A stretch of 64,000 nucleotides of DNA from a virus (IMGVR_UViG_3300029928_000001:96001-160000), one strand, 5' to 3'; positions 43,001-52,389 are shown, numbered from the stretch's first letter. The notes: generated by a model from the letters alone, not told the origin. Made by a program: numbers and translations.

Positions 43001-45165
43001 CTTTTTGCGGTTTAACAATTTGCCATACGAGAATTTGAATCAATTTATCATAAGGGAATGAGTTTTTGTAGCCGGCAGTTGTTCATCAATTTTCTGTATA
43101 ATACGCTACCATTATACACGTCTTTTAAAGACTGCTATATATTCCTATATAGATAAGACTATCTCTTCACCTTCAGCTTTACCTGCTAAGGGCCCTCCGC
43201 TTCGGTTCGCTTGAACCTACTCCCTTTCGGGATAGTCGTTGAACTTTCTAATAATAATATTATTAGCTTAGCTGCTGATTATCCGTTCTGGACTTTTCAG
43301 CAATTCAAAGGGTTTACTGTTACTAATTTCTTAGTAATGATGCTAACTCTTTTTTTTGTTCAAAAGATAATTTTTGATAATCTAACCAATAATCTTTATA
43401 AGAATCATGTTTTAAAATTGTATATAAACTATTACTACTTCCTATTCGTAATTTTTCTATTAACCAAGTTTTTGGCATAATATTAAATTCTTCATTTACA
43501 TACATCATAAAAACTTGTTCTTGAGTAAATTTTCTTTTAGAAGAATAAACAGTTGTATGACACTTTAAATCATAAAAATTACTTGATTCAAGAAAAATAT
43601 TATATAAATCTTTTTTTTGTTCATCAGACATTTTTTCATACTCTTCAATAATAATTGTATGATTAACTTTACGTTTAATCCGACTAATAGTTGTTCTAGA
43701 TACTCCAAACATATCTGCTAACACTTGACCAGGCTTAGAGCAAAATTCTAATGCAGCACAAATGGAAAAAATATCAGTTTTCGTTAACGTACTTCCACCA
43801 TTAGAAGGTCCAAAATTTCCGCCTTCGTTTTGATTATATCCATTATAATAACTATCATATAATTTTATATAATATTGTTCTTTTTCACTAATTTCTTCTA
43901 CGGTTACCTCTCCCGCATAAATTTCTTCAAAAGAAAAATTTTCTATACCATATATATTGAATTCTTTCTATAAAAAACTATTATCATGTCTATTGCATCT
44001 TAAATCTGTAAAATGTCTATTTCTTCTTCTTCTTATATTATTTGTTAATCCAATATATTTTTTATGATTGATTAAATTTTCAATTTTATAAATATAATAC
44101 ATAAAATTCACCTCTCTTCAATAATATCTAAAAAGAAAGATAAATCAATGTTTCACTTTTGTCCAAAAAATTAACATATAACTGCGACTTGTTTAGTTGC
44201 TCCTCAGGGTGGGTGGTTCCATCCATGCAACGTCGCGACACGTTCATCGTAGGTATAATGACCTGGGAGAGTATATCACCGTCAACACCGACACACTCTT
44301 CAACAACTCCAGCGTGACGACGCTTACCTCTAGACGTCTCTCTTGCGGCAATATTGTCAAAATATGAGCCATTCTTAAACACATATTTTGCGTAATCTTT
44401 ACCTTCAAGAGTTACTCCTTTATTCCAGTTTATTTCTTTTTTGAAGGCCGGTATGAGGTTACATATCTCGTCAACCTTCTCCTTCATAATGCCTGCTGCC
44501 TATTCTTTACCTCCTGAGGTCACGAATAATTTACAACGGGGGTAGAGAACACAACGAATCATCAATATCATCATTGCCAGGAATGATTTGGAATCTTTAT
44601 ATTCTATTAAGCTCGCAAAACTTAATACGTTTATTAAAAAACTGCTTACAATTTCTTGTAAGAATAGACTATTTCACACTTTTATAATAAAAAGTTCCTC
44701 CTTTTCGGTTTAAGGGAATCTCACCCGCCCCATTAACTTGGGCCCTACTCCTATTGCCTCTATTTTTATTCCGAGGAGGCTTCTTTCAGGATAGTCGTTG
44801 AAGTTTCTTAAGCTTACGCTCAAGCTTACCTGCGAATTTCCTTAACTAAATTTTAGTCTTAGGTTCAACGCAATTAAAAGGATTTGTCCAAGATTTTACT
44901 CCATTGGCGCCATTCACGCTCTCGGAAAAACACAATAAACATATTGATGACGCGCCGCCGCGCGCAAAAATACTCGTTGATAAAAATAAAATTTAAAATC
45001 TTGCGGATTTCCAGATTCTAAAAGGAAATCAACAAATTTATCTGGATATTCTCTCCAGAGAGAAATATACTATCGAGCAACTGGAATAATTGCCCGAACA
45101 CGTTCTTCTGATAAACCAATTTTTTTCTTAGAATGAGATAAGTCTAATAAATCTTGGAGTGCCAT
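40100..45165 (-). CDS. terL: Terminase large subunit, 576 aa, 5 exons (44916..45165, 44174..44594, 42554..43083, 41313..41750, 40100..40191)
   Basis: Spliced product restores Walker A (FPRAYSKS), Walker B (VVEE), TTAG, SVDVG, IDGNGLG and KDKFSALEY; exon total 1731 nt = 577 codons. Confidence 0.9.
40192..41312 (-). mobile_element. Group I intron 4 of terL (1121 nt) with LAGLIDADG gene
   Basis: U|...G| junctions; CAACGACTA (R) and GATATAGTC (S) elements. Confidence 0.85.
40424..41287 (-). CDS. LAGLIDADG homing endonuclease, 287 aa
   Basis: YWLGFMYADG and FLRGFFDGDG motifs; AAGGAG RBS; at least four TAGs. Confidence 0.85.
41751..42553 (-). mobile_element. Group I intron 3 of terL (803 nt) with HNH gene
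   Basis: U|...G| junctions; AATTGCTGGGAA (P), AATCAGCAGC (Q), CAACGACTA (R) and GATATAGTC (S). Confidence 0.9.
41912..42439 (-). CDS. HNH homing endonuclease, 175 aa, TAG-free
   Basis: VHRL...VNHIDGNKQNN..NLEW motif and C-terminal HTH. Confidence 0.9.
   Translation of the reverse strand: MEKRLIVNSKYKLKYDYYALENGNIYSEKTNKILSKHLDKDGYEKVRLISEDGRHTYSVHRLILENFYPIDNMENLQVNHIDGNKQNNNLSNLEWVTSKENTIHAHKIGLKNQKGEKNNASKLTEQDVKEIIELLLSKKYTQKEIGEKYGVCADAIGAIKNKHNWVYLTKDINFN
43084..44173 (-). mobile_element. Group I intron 2 of terL (1090 nt) with GIY-YIG gene
   Basis: U|...G| junctions giving YV-TTAG; P/Q/R/S elements at 43150-43310. Confidence 0.88.
43320..44102 (-). CDS. GIY-YIG homing endonuclease, 260 aa
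   Basis: MYYIYKIEN..KKYIG.T...R and GYN motifs; in frame with track ORF 43323..43724 through TAG; ends TAG-TAA. Confidence 0.85.
44595..44915 (-). mobile_element. Group I intron 1 of terL (321 nt), no endonuclease gene
   Basis: Interrupts Walker A (GCG T|AT TCC); CAACGACTA and AAATAGTC P7 strands; terminal G. Confidence 0.85.
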
Positions 45166-46376
45166 TAGAATGTCTCATCCTTACTTTCTTTAATTACTTT
45201 TAAGATTGCCGCATTAGTATCATTTGTTTCATCTTCTAAGAAGTTATTATATTCTTCAAAATCATTATCATTAATCTCTTGATTTTTTATATTATCTAAA
45301 TCTTCTAGTGTTAATTCTTCGTCTTCATCTTCATCTTCTTCCTGTTCCTCTTGACGAGTCATTTCTTTTACGGCATTGTCAATTAAATTACCTAAATTCA
45401 TTTCTTCAGTAACTAAAGAATAAGTATAATCTTTTAAATCTTGTAAAGTTTCATCAACTTTATCATTTGGTTTATCAATATAGAAACGAGGAATAAAACC
45501 TTCAGATTCACATAAAACCACAAGCTCACTAATTGAATCTACAAATTCACCATTTTCTGCTTTGTTCTGCGCAGCAGTGAATTTTCCTGATTTCATCAAC
45601 GTATCATAGACCTTACTCATCTTTTGGAATCCCTCAATATCGCCTAAGTCGATGAGCTGATTCGCCTTCAAGCTAGTCTTACAGATAAGCTTTAAAGTAT
45701 CAATATGACCTGCTGTTTGAATATCATAAGATTCGCACATGTCATTATATAATTGCTCAAGTTTTACCCATTCTTCTGGTTTATAAATTCTACCCCATTT
45801 TAAACGAAGATAAGTTCTATCTTCGTCAGTTAAATCAATATCATCTACAATATCTTGGTCCTGCGGGCTCGGAACCGGCACTTGCGCAGGTTCTGGTCGT
45901 GGTGGCGGCACAATAGGATTAACAGAATCATTAATTGCTTCGGCAATCTCTTGTGCAGAATAACCACGTTCGGCCATTGCAGTTTTCATACGATTAGCTT
46001 CTAATTCTTGAAGGAATTCACTATCTTTCCAACGATAGTCTTTCCATTTTTTTAATTTCATTTTTGCTAAATATCTGCCAACAATAGTTGTGCCAGTTAC
46101 TTTAGAAGGATCTTGTGCGTAATTACGCATAAGCTTGTTCCACTCATCGGGCACGTACGGCACATCAGCCTCTTTAAGAATCCATTTATATGTGTTAGGG
46201 TCCCAATTGTCAACCATCATAGTAATACATTGTTTACATTGATGCAATTTACAATCATTATCTCCATATTTTTCTTCATTATTAGAAGAATAAAACTGGG
46301 TTCCTTTCATTGTTTTATGACAGGTTTCGCAAAAATATTCTTTTTTGTCAGTTTCTGTTTTTGCTAATTTCGCCAA
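45165..46376 (-). CDS. Putative terminase small subunit, 403 aa, with N-terminal CxxC...CxxC zinc finger; TAG-free
   Basis: Intact ORF; TAATG overlap with terL. Confidence 0.65.
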   Translation of the reverse strand: MAKLAKTETDKKEYFCETCHKTMKGTQFYSSNNEEKYGDNDCKLHQCKQCITMMVDNWDPNTYKWILKEADVPYVPDEWNKLMRNYAQDPSKVTGTTIVGRYLAKMKLKKWKDYRWKDSEFLQELEANRMKTAMAERGYSAQEIAEAINDSVNPIVPPPRPEPAQVPVPSPQDQDIVDDIDLTDEDRTYLRLKWGRIYKPEEWVKLEQLYNDMCESYDIQTAGHIDTLKLICKTSLKANQLIDLGDIEGFQKMSKVYDTLMKSGKFTAAQNKAENGEFVDSISELVVLCESEGFIPRFYIDKPNDKVDETLQDLKDYTYSLVTEEMNLGNLIDNAVKEMTRQEEQEEDEDEDEELTLEDLDNIKNQEINDNDFEEYNNFLEDETNDTNAAILKVIKESKDETF

Positions 46377-46387
46377 AAATAATCACC

Positions 46388-47437
46388 TCACTTTTTTTTA
46401 TTACGGCATTTCTTACAGATACTATAATATCCATCTTTACTGGTTTTATTTTTGGAAAAATATTTATTATGGGCTAATTTAATTTGCCCACACTTACTAC
46501 ATTTTTTATAACGTCCACGCGCATAATTAAGATAGTAATTATCAAGCCATTCATCTTCAGCTTGTGATGCAATTAATTTTGGAATTTTATTGCGCCAAAG
46601 ACTTGATATATATTCTACGCTATGTGTTTCTCCAAATTCTTTATTTAACAATTCTTGTATTTCTATATTTTGTAATCCATCAATTTTATATTGAACAATT
46701 TTTTCATATAATGGATAGTCCATAAGCGCAGCTGTACTGGTATTATCAAAGTCTTCCATGAGATGCCAAGTATCACTTGGTAATTGGTCCCATGAATCTT
46801 GTTTTAATTTAGAATAATTGCATAAGATAAAAGAGCATACTCTTTTATCTAATAAACTTATTCCAGAAGGAATAGGAAATTCTTTATCATTAAAATCTTC
46901 TGTCAAATCGGGCAATTCTAAATAATGTTTGCCGCGAGTGAGATTCATTATGCCGATCGGTTTGCGATAAGCAGCTTTTATTACATATTGGTCTTTGCGC
47001 ATCTCTATTAAAGCTCTTTTTATTATATACGCGTCTTTTCCTTCTGCAACTTTTAATTTTTCTTCCCATAAATGTATTGTTTCACGCAATTGTTTTAAAA
47101 AAGGAATTTCATCTATATCTTTCTTTGTTATTGTCACTTTTGGTCTTAAAATCATATGTTTATTTTCAGTCATCATATTATAAATTGCGTCTTCGCCATT
47201 TTCTAGCTAAGAAACAAGACCTTCAAACGATGTTTCATTTTTATTAACTGTAATCATACGATTATCAGTTAAAATTTTTCTTTCTCGTTTTTCTTGTTTT
47301 TCCATACACATAATGAGATAATCTGCTAATATTTCTAAATATTTTTCATTTGGTTCTTCTTCTAATTCATCTAAAATTTTTTTTACTAACTCATTACGCT
47401 CTTCTGGAGTCTATAAAGTATAGTCTAACTTTATCAC
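46388..47437 (-). CDS. Putative transcription regulator, 349 aa (sigma region-4-like HTH plus C-terminal Zn finger)
   Basis: GTG 47437 after AGGAGG; TAG at codons 9 and 77; in frame with track ORF 46388..47176. Confidence 0.65.
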
Positions 47438-47544
47438 TTATAAGCCTCCTTTTTAGTAAATAATAAATTTCGGAACTAGCGTTCCTCCATTTATTATTTA
47501 CTAAATGTGTGGAACTTTTTTCCCATATTTATTACCCTATATAT

Positions 47545-47613
47545 AGTATAACAAAATTTTTTTGTTGTGTCAAAGAATTTTTTATTGATTTTTATAAAAA
47601 TTTTTATTATAAT
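47545..47613. promoter_or_regulatory. Divergent sigmaA-type promoter pair (leftward operon and RF2)
   Basis: Minus: TTGACA-N17-TATACT (47573..47545); plus: TTGATT-N17-TATAAT (47585..47613). Confidence 0.7.
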
Positions 47614-47645
47614 ATATATAGAAAAAGAAAAAGAGGTTAAAAAAT

Positions 47646-48698
47646 ATGGACTTTACTAGTTATGGCTTTAGCCAAAAGGAAGAAGAATTAAAATATTTGC
47701 GCGAAGAGGTGGCAGACCGATGTGCAAGAGGTATATATGACAACGTTGATTTATTGAAGAAGTGTAAGGTACTTGAACATCAACTTTATTATAAAGAGCA
47801 AATTGAAGAATGGGAAAAAGACTTAGCTGTTGTGAATGAGCTTTTGGATGAAGAGCCAGAAGATAAAGGTATGTTAGAAACTAAGTCAAAAGTTGAAAAT
47901 CGATTGCGAAAATTGCGCGAGGACCTTGACACTGAGCTGCTTTTAGACGGGGATTATGATAATGACGATGCCGTTGTGTCGATTCACGCGGGCGAAGGCG
48001 GCACTGAAGCATGCGATTGGGCGGAAATGTTGTATAGAATGTATCAACGGTGGGCGCAATCAAATGGTTATGAAATAGAGGTAATTGATGGATTAAATGG
48101 TAGCGTTGCAGGTATTAAAAATATTGAATTTAAAGTTAAAGGTGTTAATGCTTATGGAATGCTACAAGGTGAAATGGGTGTTCATAGATTGGTTAGGGTA
48201 AGCCCATTTGATGCTAAAGGAAGGCGGCATACAAGCTTTGCGGCAGTTGAAGTTTTGCCGGATTTAGATGATGTGGAGCTTGACGCTGTTATGATAAATC
48301 CGGAGGATTTAGAACAACAAACATTTAGAAGCGGTGGAGCTGGTGGGCAATATCAAAATACGACTGAAAGTGGTGTTAGATTAATTCATAAACCTACTGG
48401 TTTAATTGCGGAGAGTAGAGAAGAGCGCAGTCAACATCAGAATAAAGATAAGTGTTTAAAAAGATTGAAAGCAATGTTGGCTAAGAAGGCTATGGACGAA
48501 AGACTGAAGGAAATTAAAGAGCTGAGAGGAGAACAGCTTTTTAATGAATGGGGCAGTCAGATTAGAAGCTATGTTTTTATGCCTTACCAATTGGTTAAAG
48601 ATGAAAGAACCGGATGTCAGAGTGGGAATATTAATGCTGTGATGGATGGGGATATAAATAAATTTATGAAAGAATATTTATTATGGAGGAAACAATAA
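47646..48698 (+). CDS. prfB: Peptide chain release factor 2, phage-encoded
   Basis: SPF recognition loop (VRVSPFDA..RRHTSF), GGAGGQ, GGTEACDW and RSQHQNK motifs. Confidence 0.95.
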   Translation: MDFTSYGFSQKEEELKYLREEVADRCARGIYDNVDLLKKCKVLEHQLYYKEQIEEWEKDLAVVNELLDEEPEDKGMLETKSKVENRLRKLREDLDTELLLDGDYDNDDAVVSIHAGEGGTEACDWAEMLYRMYQRWAQSNGYEIEVIDGLNGSVAGIKNIEFKVKGVNAYGMLQGEMGVHRLVRVSPFDAKGRRHTSFAAVEVLPDLDDVELDAVMINPEDLEQQTFRSGGAGGQYQNTTESGVRLIHKPTGLIAESREERSQHQNKDKCLKRLKAMLAKKAMDERLKEIKELRGEQLFNEWGSQIRSYVFMPYQLVKDERTGCQSGNINAVMDGDINKFMKEYLLWRKQ

Positions 48699-48799
48699 TG
48701 GGTAGAAGTAAAAGTTTATTTAAAAACGTTTGCGGGAGTATGAGTAGAAAGTATAGTAGAAGAGCAGTTAAAAGTGTTTATGATTTCTTGTGGAAGTAA
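48698..48799 (+). CDS. Small basic peptide, 33 aa
   Basis: TAATG overlap with prfB; GGAGG RBS; MGRSKSLFKNVCGSMSRKYSRRAVKSVYDFLWK. Confidence 0.5.
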   Translation: MGRSKSLFKNVCGSMSRKYSRRAVKSVYDFLWK

Positions 48800-49095
48800 G
48801 AGGTTTATTATCCCTTACTTTTTTTGCGATTATAGAATTTGAGAAACATTTGATAGGAGTTTGTCCCAGGTAATAACCTTTTTCTCTTTCCAAAATAATT
48901 TTTTCCCGTAATACACGCCCCCTTTTTCTCTAACGAGAAAAAGTACAAGCTCTATTGTCGCCTTTCAGGCGCCAAGACCCCACGGGTAAAAATAACACCC
49001 TCCCACAAACTATAATACTTGCTCGCGCCGCTTGCAGACGCAAACGGCGTGCCTTCTATTAATTTACATTCTTACCACTTTTTTCCAAGAGAAAG

Positions 49096-49112
49096 TTGGC
49101 ACGAATCTTGCA
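49096..49112 (+). promoter_or_regulatory. sigma54-type -24/-12 box
   Basis: TTGGCACGAATCTTGCA matches TGGCACG-N4-TTGCW. Confidence 0.6.
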
Positions 49113-49228
49113 TAAGGTCTTCCTGAAATTACCATTGTACTAAATAAAAAACATTGCAAAACCTCTTGACAGACTTGCTCGACTATGCTATACTATAAGT
49201 ACAGTAAAGGAAAGAACGAGGTAAAAAA

Positions 49229-49552
49229 ATGTTAGAAAGAATGAAAGACTGGGCTATTATGTTATTAACTGTAAGTATTATCCTTATCATTGCCGTTGTA
49301 TGCGGTATCATGCAGACCGCAGACGCTGACACAACGACACGCACAATGGAAGCAACTGCCATTGCCAAAACTTACCATGAACAAGGCGATTACACTTCTA
49401 TGACCTTCCGCACAAGCGATGGCAATGAGTGGACGTATGACTATACAGTATGTCCTATTGGTGCAAAGTGTACTATTACCTTTGATACACAAGGCACAAG
49501 CACGGTAGAGGATGACATTATTACAAACATCATGTGTGAGTTGGCAGAGTAA
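49229..49552 (+). CDS. Membrane-anchored hypothetical protein, 107 aa
   Basis: Own promoter and GAGGT RBS; hydrophobic N-terminus. Confidence 0.8.
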   Translation: MLERMKDWAIMLLTVSIILIIAVVCGIMQTADADTTTRTMEATAIAKTYHEQGDYTSMTFRTSDGNEWTYDYTVCPIGAKCTITFDTQGTSTVEDDIITNIMCELAE

Positions 49553-49640
49553 AAAATCTGCCAACTCTTGAAAAAGCTATTGACAACATCAACATTCTAT
49601 GTTATACTATAGATACAGCAAAGGAAAAGAGGTAAACAAA

Positions 49641-49796
49641 ATGAAAAAGTTTTTAAGCAATGCAATTACTACAGTATCTGCTATCTTTGTCGCTTGGTTT
49701 GTACTCTCATGGCTTGAGGTATGTTGCAAGAACACAGCACCAGACCCACAGTATTCACCATTAAACTTATTAGTAATTTTATTAGAAAACGCTTGA
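49641..49796 (+). CDS. Small membrane protein, 51 aa
   Basis: GAGGT RBS before ATG 49641; own promoter. Confidence 0.75.
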   Translation: MKKFLSNAITTVSAIFVAWFVLSWLEVCCKNTAPDPQYSPLNLLVILLENA

Positions 49797-49877
49797 CAAA
49801 CACATCGATAAACCTATTGACAACTTGCCTTGCTTATGGTATACTTTAAATACAGTAAGGAAAGAGAGGTAAACAAA

Positions 49878-50084
49878 ATGAGAACTATTTGTTACAAATT
49901 GGACACACCAATTATTTATAATAAAGGTACAAAGTACGAAAAACATTTAGATACATTCTTAGATAAATACATTGCTGGAACAGATGAAGAGATTCAAGCA
50001 ATCATCGACGAAATGAACCAAAAGGCAAAAGATAGAGTGTATTTTATGGACGAACAGTCGATGTTCGACACTACAGGAAATTAA
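49878..50084 (+). CDS. Hypothetical protein, 68 aa
   Basis: GAGGT RBS; own promoter. Confidence 0.75.
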   Translation: MRTICYKLDTPIIYNKGTKYEKHLDTFLDKYIAGTDEEIQAIIDEMNQKAKDRVYFMDEQSMFDTTGN

Positions 50085-50153
50085 AAAAAGATATTGACAA
50101 AGTATTAAAAGTATGGTATAGTAAAGATACAAAAAAAGAAAGAGGTAAATAAA

Positions 50154-50432
50154 ATGTTGACAAAAGTAACAGTAAAGAAAATGAATAATGAAGTATATAT
50201 TAACTTAACAGACCATTCAGACAGTGTATACAAAAATACTCTATGGATTGTAGCAGACTTGGTAAAATTAGGATATAATTTTATAGAAATAATTCCGTAT
50301 GGAGTTATCAGAGTCAATACAAATGATTATAAAGGTGTGACCTTTGGGGTTCAAAAATGGTTAAAAGAAAATGAGATTATTGAAAATATAAAATTAGATA
50401 CAGAATATACAACATTTAATTTATTAGATTAA
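50154..50432 (+). CDS. Hypothetical protein, 92 aa
   Basis: GAGGT RBS; own promoter. Confidence 0.75.
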   Translation: MLTKVTVKKMNNEVYINLTDHSDSVYKNTLWIVADLVKLGYNFIEIIPYGVIRVNTNDYKGVTFGVQKWLKENEIIENIKLDTEYTTFNLLD

Positions 50433-50507
50433 AAAAAACTTATTGACAAATTAAAAAAAGTATGTTATAATAAATTATAATCAAAAAGGAAATGAGGTAA
50501 AAGAAAA

Positions 50508-50720
50508 ATGTTAGAAATGATTTTATTACTGGTTACGGCTTGCGGTTTGATTATGTGGACGGTACACAAAGACCGCAAGAAAGCAAATTGGTTTTATGTA
50601 GTTGACAATTTAAGCATTGATGTTTGCCGCAAGTTTTCCGACTTGGCAACAGCTCAAGAGATGTATAACTTGTGTGTGGCAGACGGGCATGAGGTTTATT
50701 TAAAGAGATTAAGGGGCTAA
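50508..50720 (+). CDS. Membrane-anchored hypothetical protein, 70 aa
   Basis: GAGGT RBS; own promoter; hydrophobic N-terminus. Confidence 0.75.
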   Translation: MLEMILLLVTACGLIMWTVHKDRKKANWFYVVDNLSIDVCRKFSDLATAQEMYNLCVADGHEVYLKRLRG

Positions 50721-50734
50721 AGCCCCTTAGGTGT

Positions 50735-50777
50735 GAGGGTAACGGCATTCTATGGCGGTTCAATTCCGTCAACCCTC
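50735..50777 (+). ncRNA. tRNA-like minihelix (acceptor stem and T-arm only)
   Basis: GAGGGT...GGCGG-TTCAATT-CCGTC-A-ACCCTC. Confidence 0.45.
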
Positions 50778-50977
50778 TGTTTTACCTCTTGTGGACATGG
50801 AGCGAGTCCTCAGACGCTCCTCTCCTTTTAGCAAACACATGTTCATTTTTTATACCTCTTAAAAAGGATTGGAATTTATTTCCAGTCCTTTTTTCTTTGC
50901 GCCGGCGGCGCGCCCACGGTTGCAGGGCGCGTTTTTTTCAGATATTTCCAATGCTACCACTTTTTTACAGTGTAAAG

Positions 50978-51033
50978 TTGGCACGAATCTTGCATGGTCG
51001 CTTCCTGAATTTACCATTGGCACGATTCTTGCA
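50978..51033 (+). promoter_or_regulatory. Two tandem sigma54-type -24/-12 boxes
   Basis: TTGGCACGAATCTTGCA (50978) and TTGGCACGATTCTTGCA (51017). Confidence 0.6.
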
Positions 51034-51155
51034 AGGTCCTCGGGCTGGCAAGATCTGGAAGAAAAATTTTTTTTATTTTTTTATCGAAAACCCCTTGACA
51101 GGTTCGCTGTTCTGTGGTATACTTTAGATACAGTAAAGGAAAGAGGTAAACAAAA

Positions 51156-51614
51156 ATGACAAAGACAACATTCTTAAAACATTACAATTCGTTTTCAGCA
51201 GCTCATAACTACTTGGTATTCTTCTTATATAAGAAAAATCTGTATATGGCAGAATGTGGAAAAATCCAGCCAAGATGGGTAGTAGAAAACTATGAAACAT
51301 ATGGACACACACAGAAATACATGATTTCTCTGAAAAACCAACATAAAGAACAGTTAATCCGCAAAGGCGCAAAGCTGTTAATGACAGAATCCGAATTTAT
51401 GGCAATAGATGTACCAAACAGGGGTAGAAAATGTGAAAAGTGGCTACATGAGACTACTAACCAAGACGGCGTATATAAATATGATACAGTACCATTCAAT
51501 ATTGATGGCGATATTACAATCAATGGAATTAAATACCAAGTAAAATTCCAAAACGCAAGTCTTGCGAATGTAAGAACGATTGAAAAATTAAAGAAAGAGA
51601 GAAGAGGAAAATGA
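51156..51614 (+). CDS. Hypothetical protein, 152 aa (possible nuclease-like fold)
   Basis: RBS and promoter; GD...YQVK motif is only suggestive. Confidence 0.75.
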   Translation: MTKTTFLKHYNSFSAAHNYLVFFLYKKNLYMAECGKIQPRWVVENYETYGHTQKYMISLKNQHKEQLIRKGAKLLMTESEFMAIDVPNRGRKCEKWLHETTNQDGVYKYDTVPFNIDGDITINGIKYQVKFQNASLANVRTIEKLKKERRGK

Positions 51615-51715
51615 AAAGTCGGTGGAAAAATTCCACCGACAAAATAAAGAAAAACTATTGACAGAGTGGAAAAAAGATGCTATAATAAAGAAAAGATAAA
51701 GAGAGGTAAGAAAAA

Positions 51716-52162
51716 ATGAAAAAAACAATTTGGTTTGATCTTGACGGTACACTTGTTAATTTATACGGCGTGCAAGACTGGTTGCCTATGATTCAGGCAT
51801 ACGACCCAACACCGTACGCTGTAGCAAAGCCACTTGTAAGATTCAGTCATTTAGCAAGATTGCTAAATATGCTCCAAGGGCAAGGCTACAATATCGGCAT
51901 TATCTCTTGGTTAGCAAAGAATAGCACCGCCGAATATGACGGACTGGTAGCGGAAACCAAAAGAGCATATTTAAGAAAGCACCTGCCGAGCGTACGATTT
52001 GATGCAATCAATATTGTGCCTTATGGAACATTAAAAGATACTTTTAATAATGGTTTTGACTTTCTCTTTGATGATGAAGAACAAAACAGAGAAAATTGGA
52101 CTGGTGAAGCATATGACGCAAAAGATTTAATTGCGGTTTTACAAGAAATGGTAAGGGGGTAA
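51716..52162 (+). CDS. HAD-superfamily phosphatase (5'(3')-nucleotidase-like)
   Basis: FDLDGT motif I, IISW motif II and LFDD motif IV. Confidence 0.85.
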   Translation: MKKTIWFDLDGTLVNLYGVQDWLPMIQAYDPTPYAVAKPLVRFSHLARLLNMLQGQGYNIGIISWLAKNSTAEYDGLVAETKRAYLRKHLPSVRFDAINIVPYGTLKDTFNNGFDFLFDDEEQNRENWTGEAYDAKDLIAVLQEMVRG

Positions 52163-52193
52163 GAGTGGATATACATCCACTCTTTTTTATATA

Positions 52194-52210
52194 TGCAAAA
52201 ATCATGCCAA
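52194..52210 (-). promoter_or_regulatory. sigma54-type -24/-12 box
   Basis: TTGGCATGATTTTTGCA on the minus strand. Confidence 0.55.
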
Positions 52211-52389
52211 CTCGACAGCGGCCGGCCCACGGATGCGGGGGCCGGTTTTCCATTATACCACAACTCTACACACTTTGTCAAGCGAAAATTAATAAAAAAA
52301 ATAAAAAAACTTTTTTCCTAAAACCCCTTGACAAACCGGTGTCCTTGTGTTATACTATAACTACAGTAAGGAAAGAAAGAGGTAACAAA

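Noticed and set aside
40100-45165. Inteins in the terminase
   Set aside because: The insertions break the reading frame and carry group I P/Q/R/S elements, so they splice as RNA
1755-47183. Plus-strand track ORFs overlapping the structural genes
   Set aside because: Antisense shadows with no RBS and no recognisable motifs
1-47437. Mass pseudogenisation of structural genes
   Set aside because: The breaks examined are all TAG or intron junctions and the frames stay continuous, which fits recoding rather than decay
50735-50777. Amber suppressor tRNA
   Set aside because: A CTA occurs in the linker but there is no anticodon stem or D arm; no complete tRNA was found in the window
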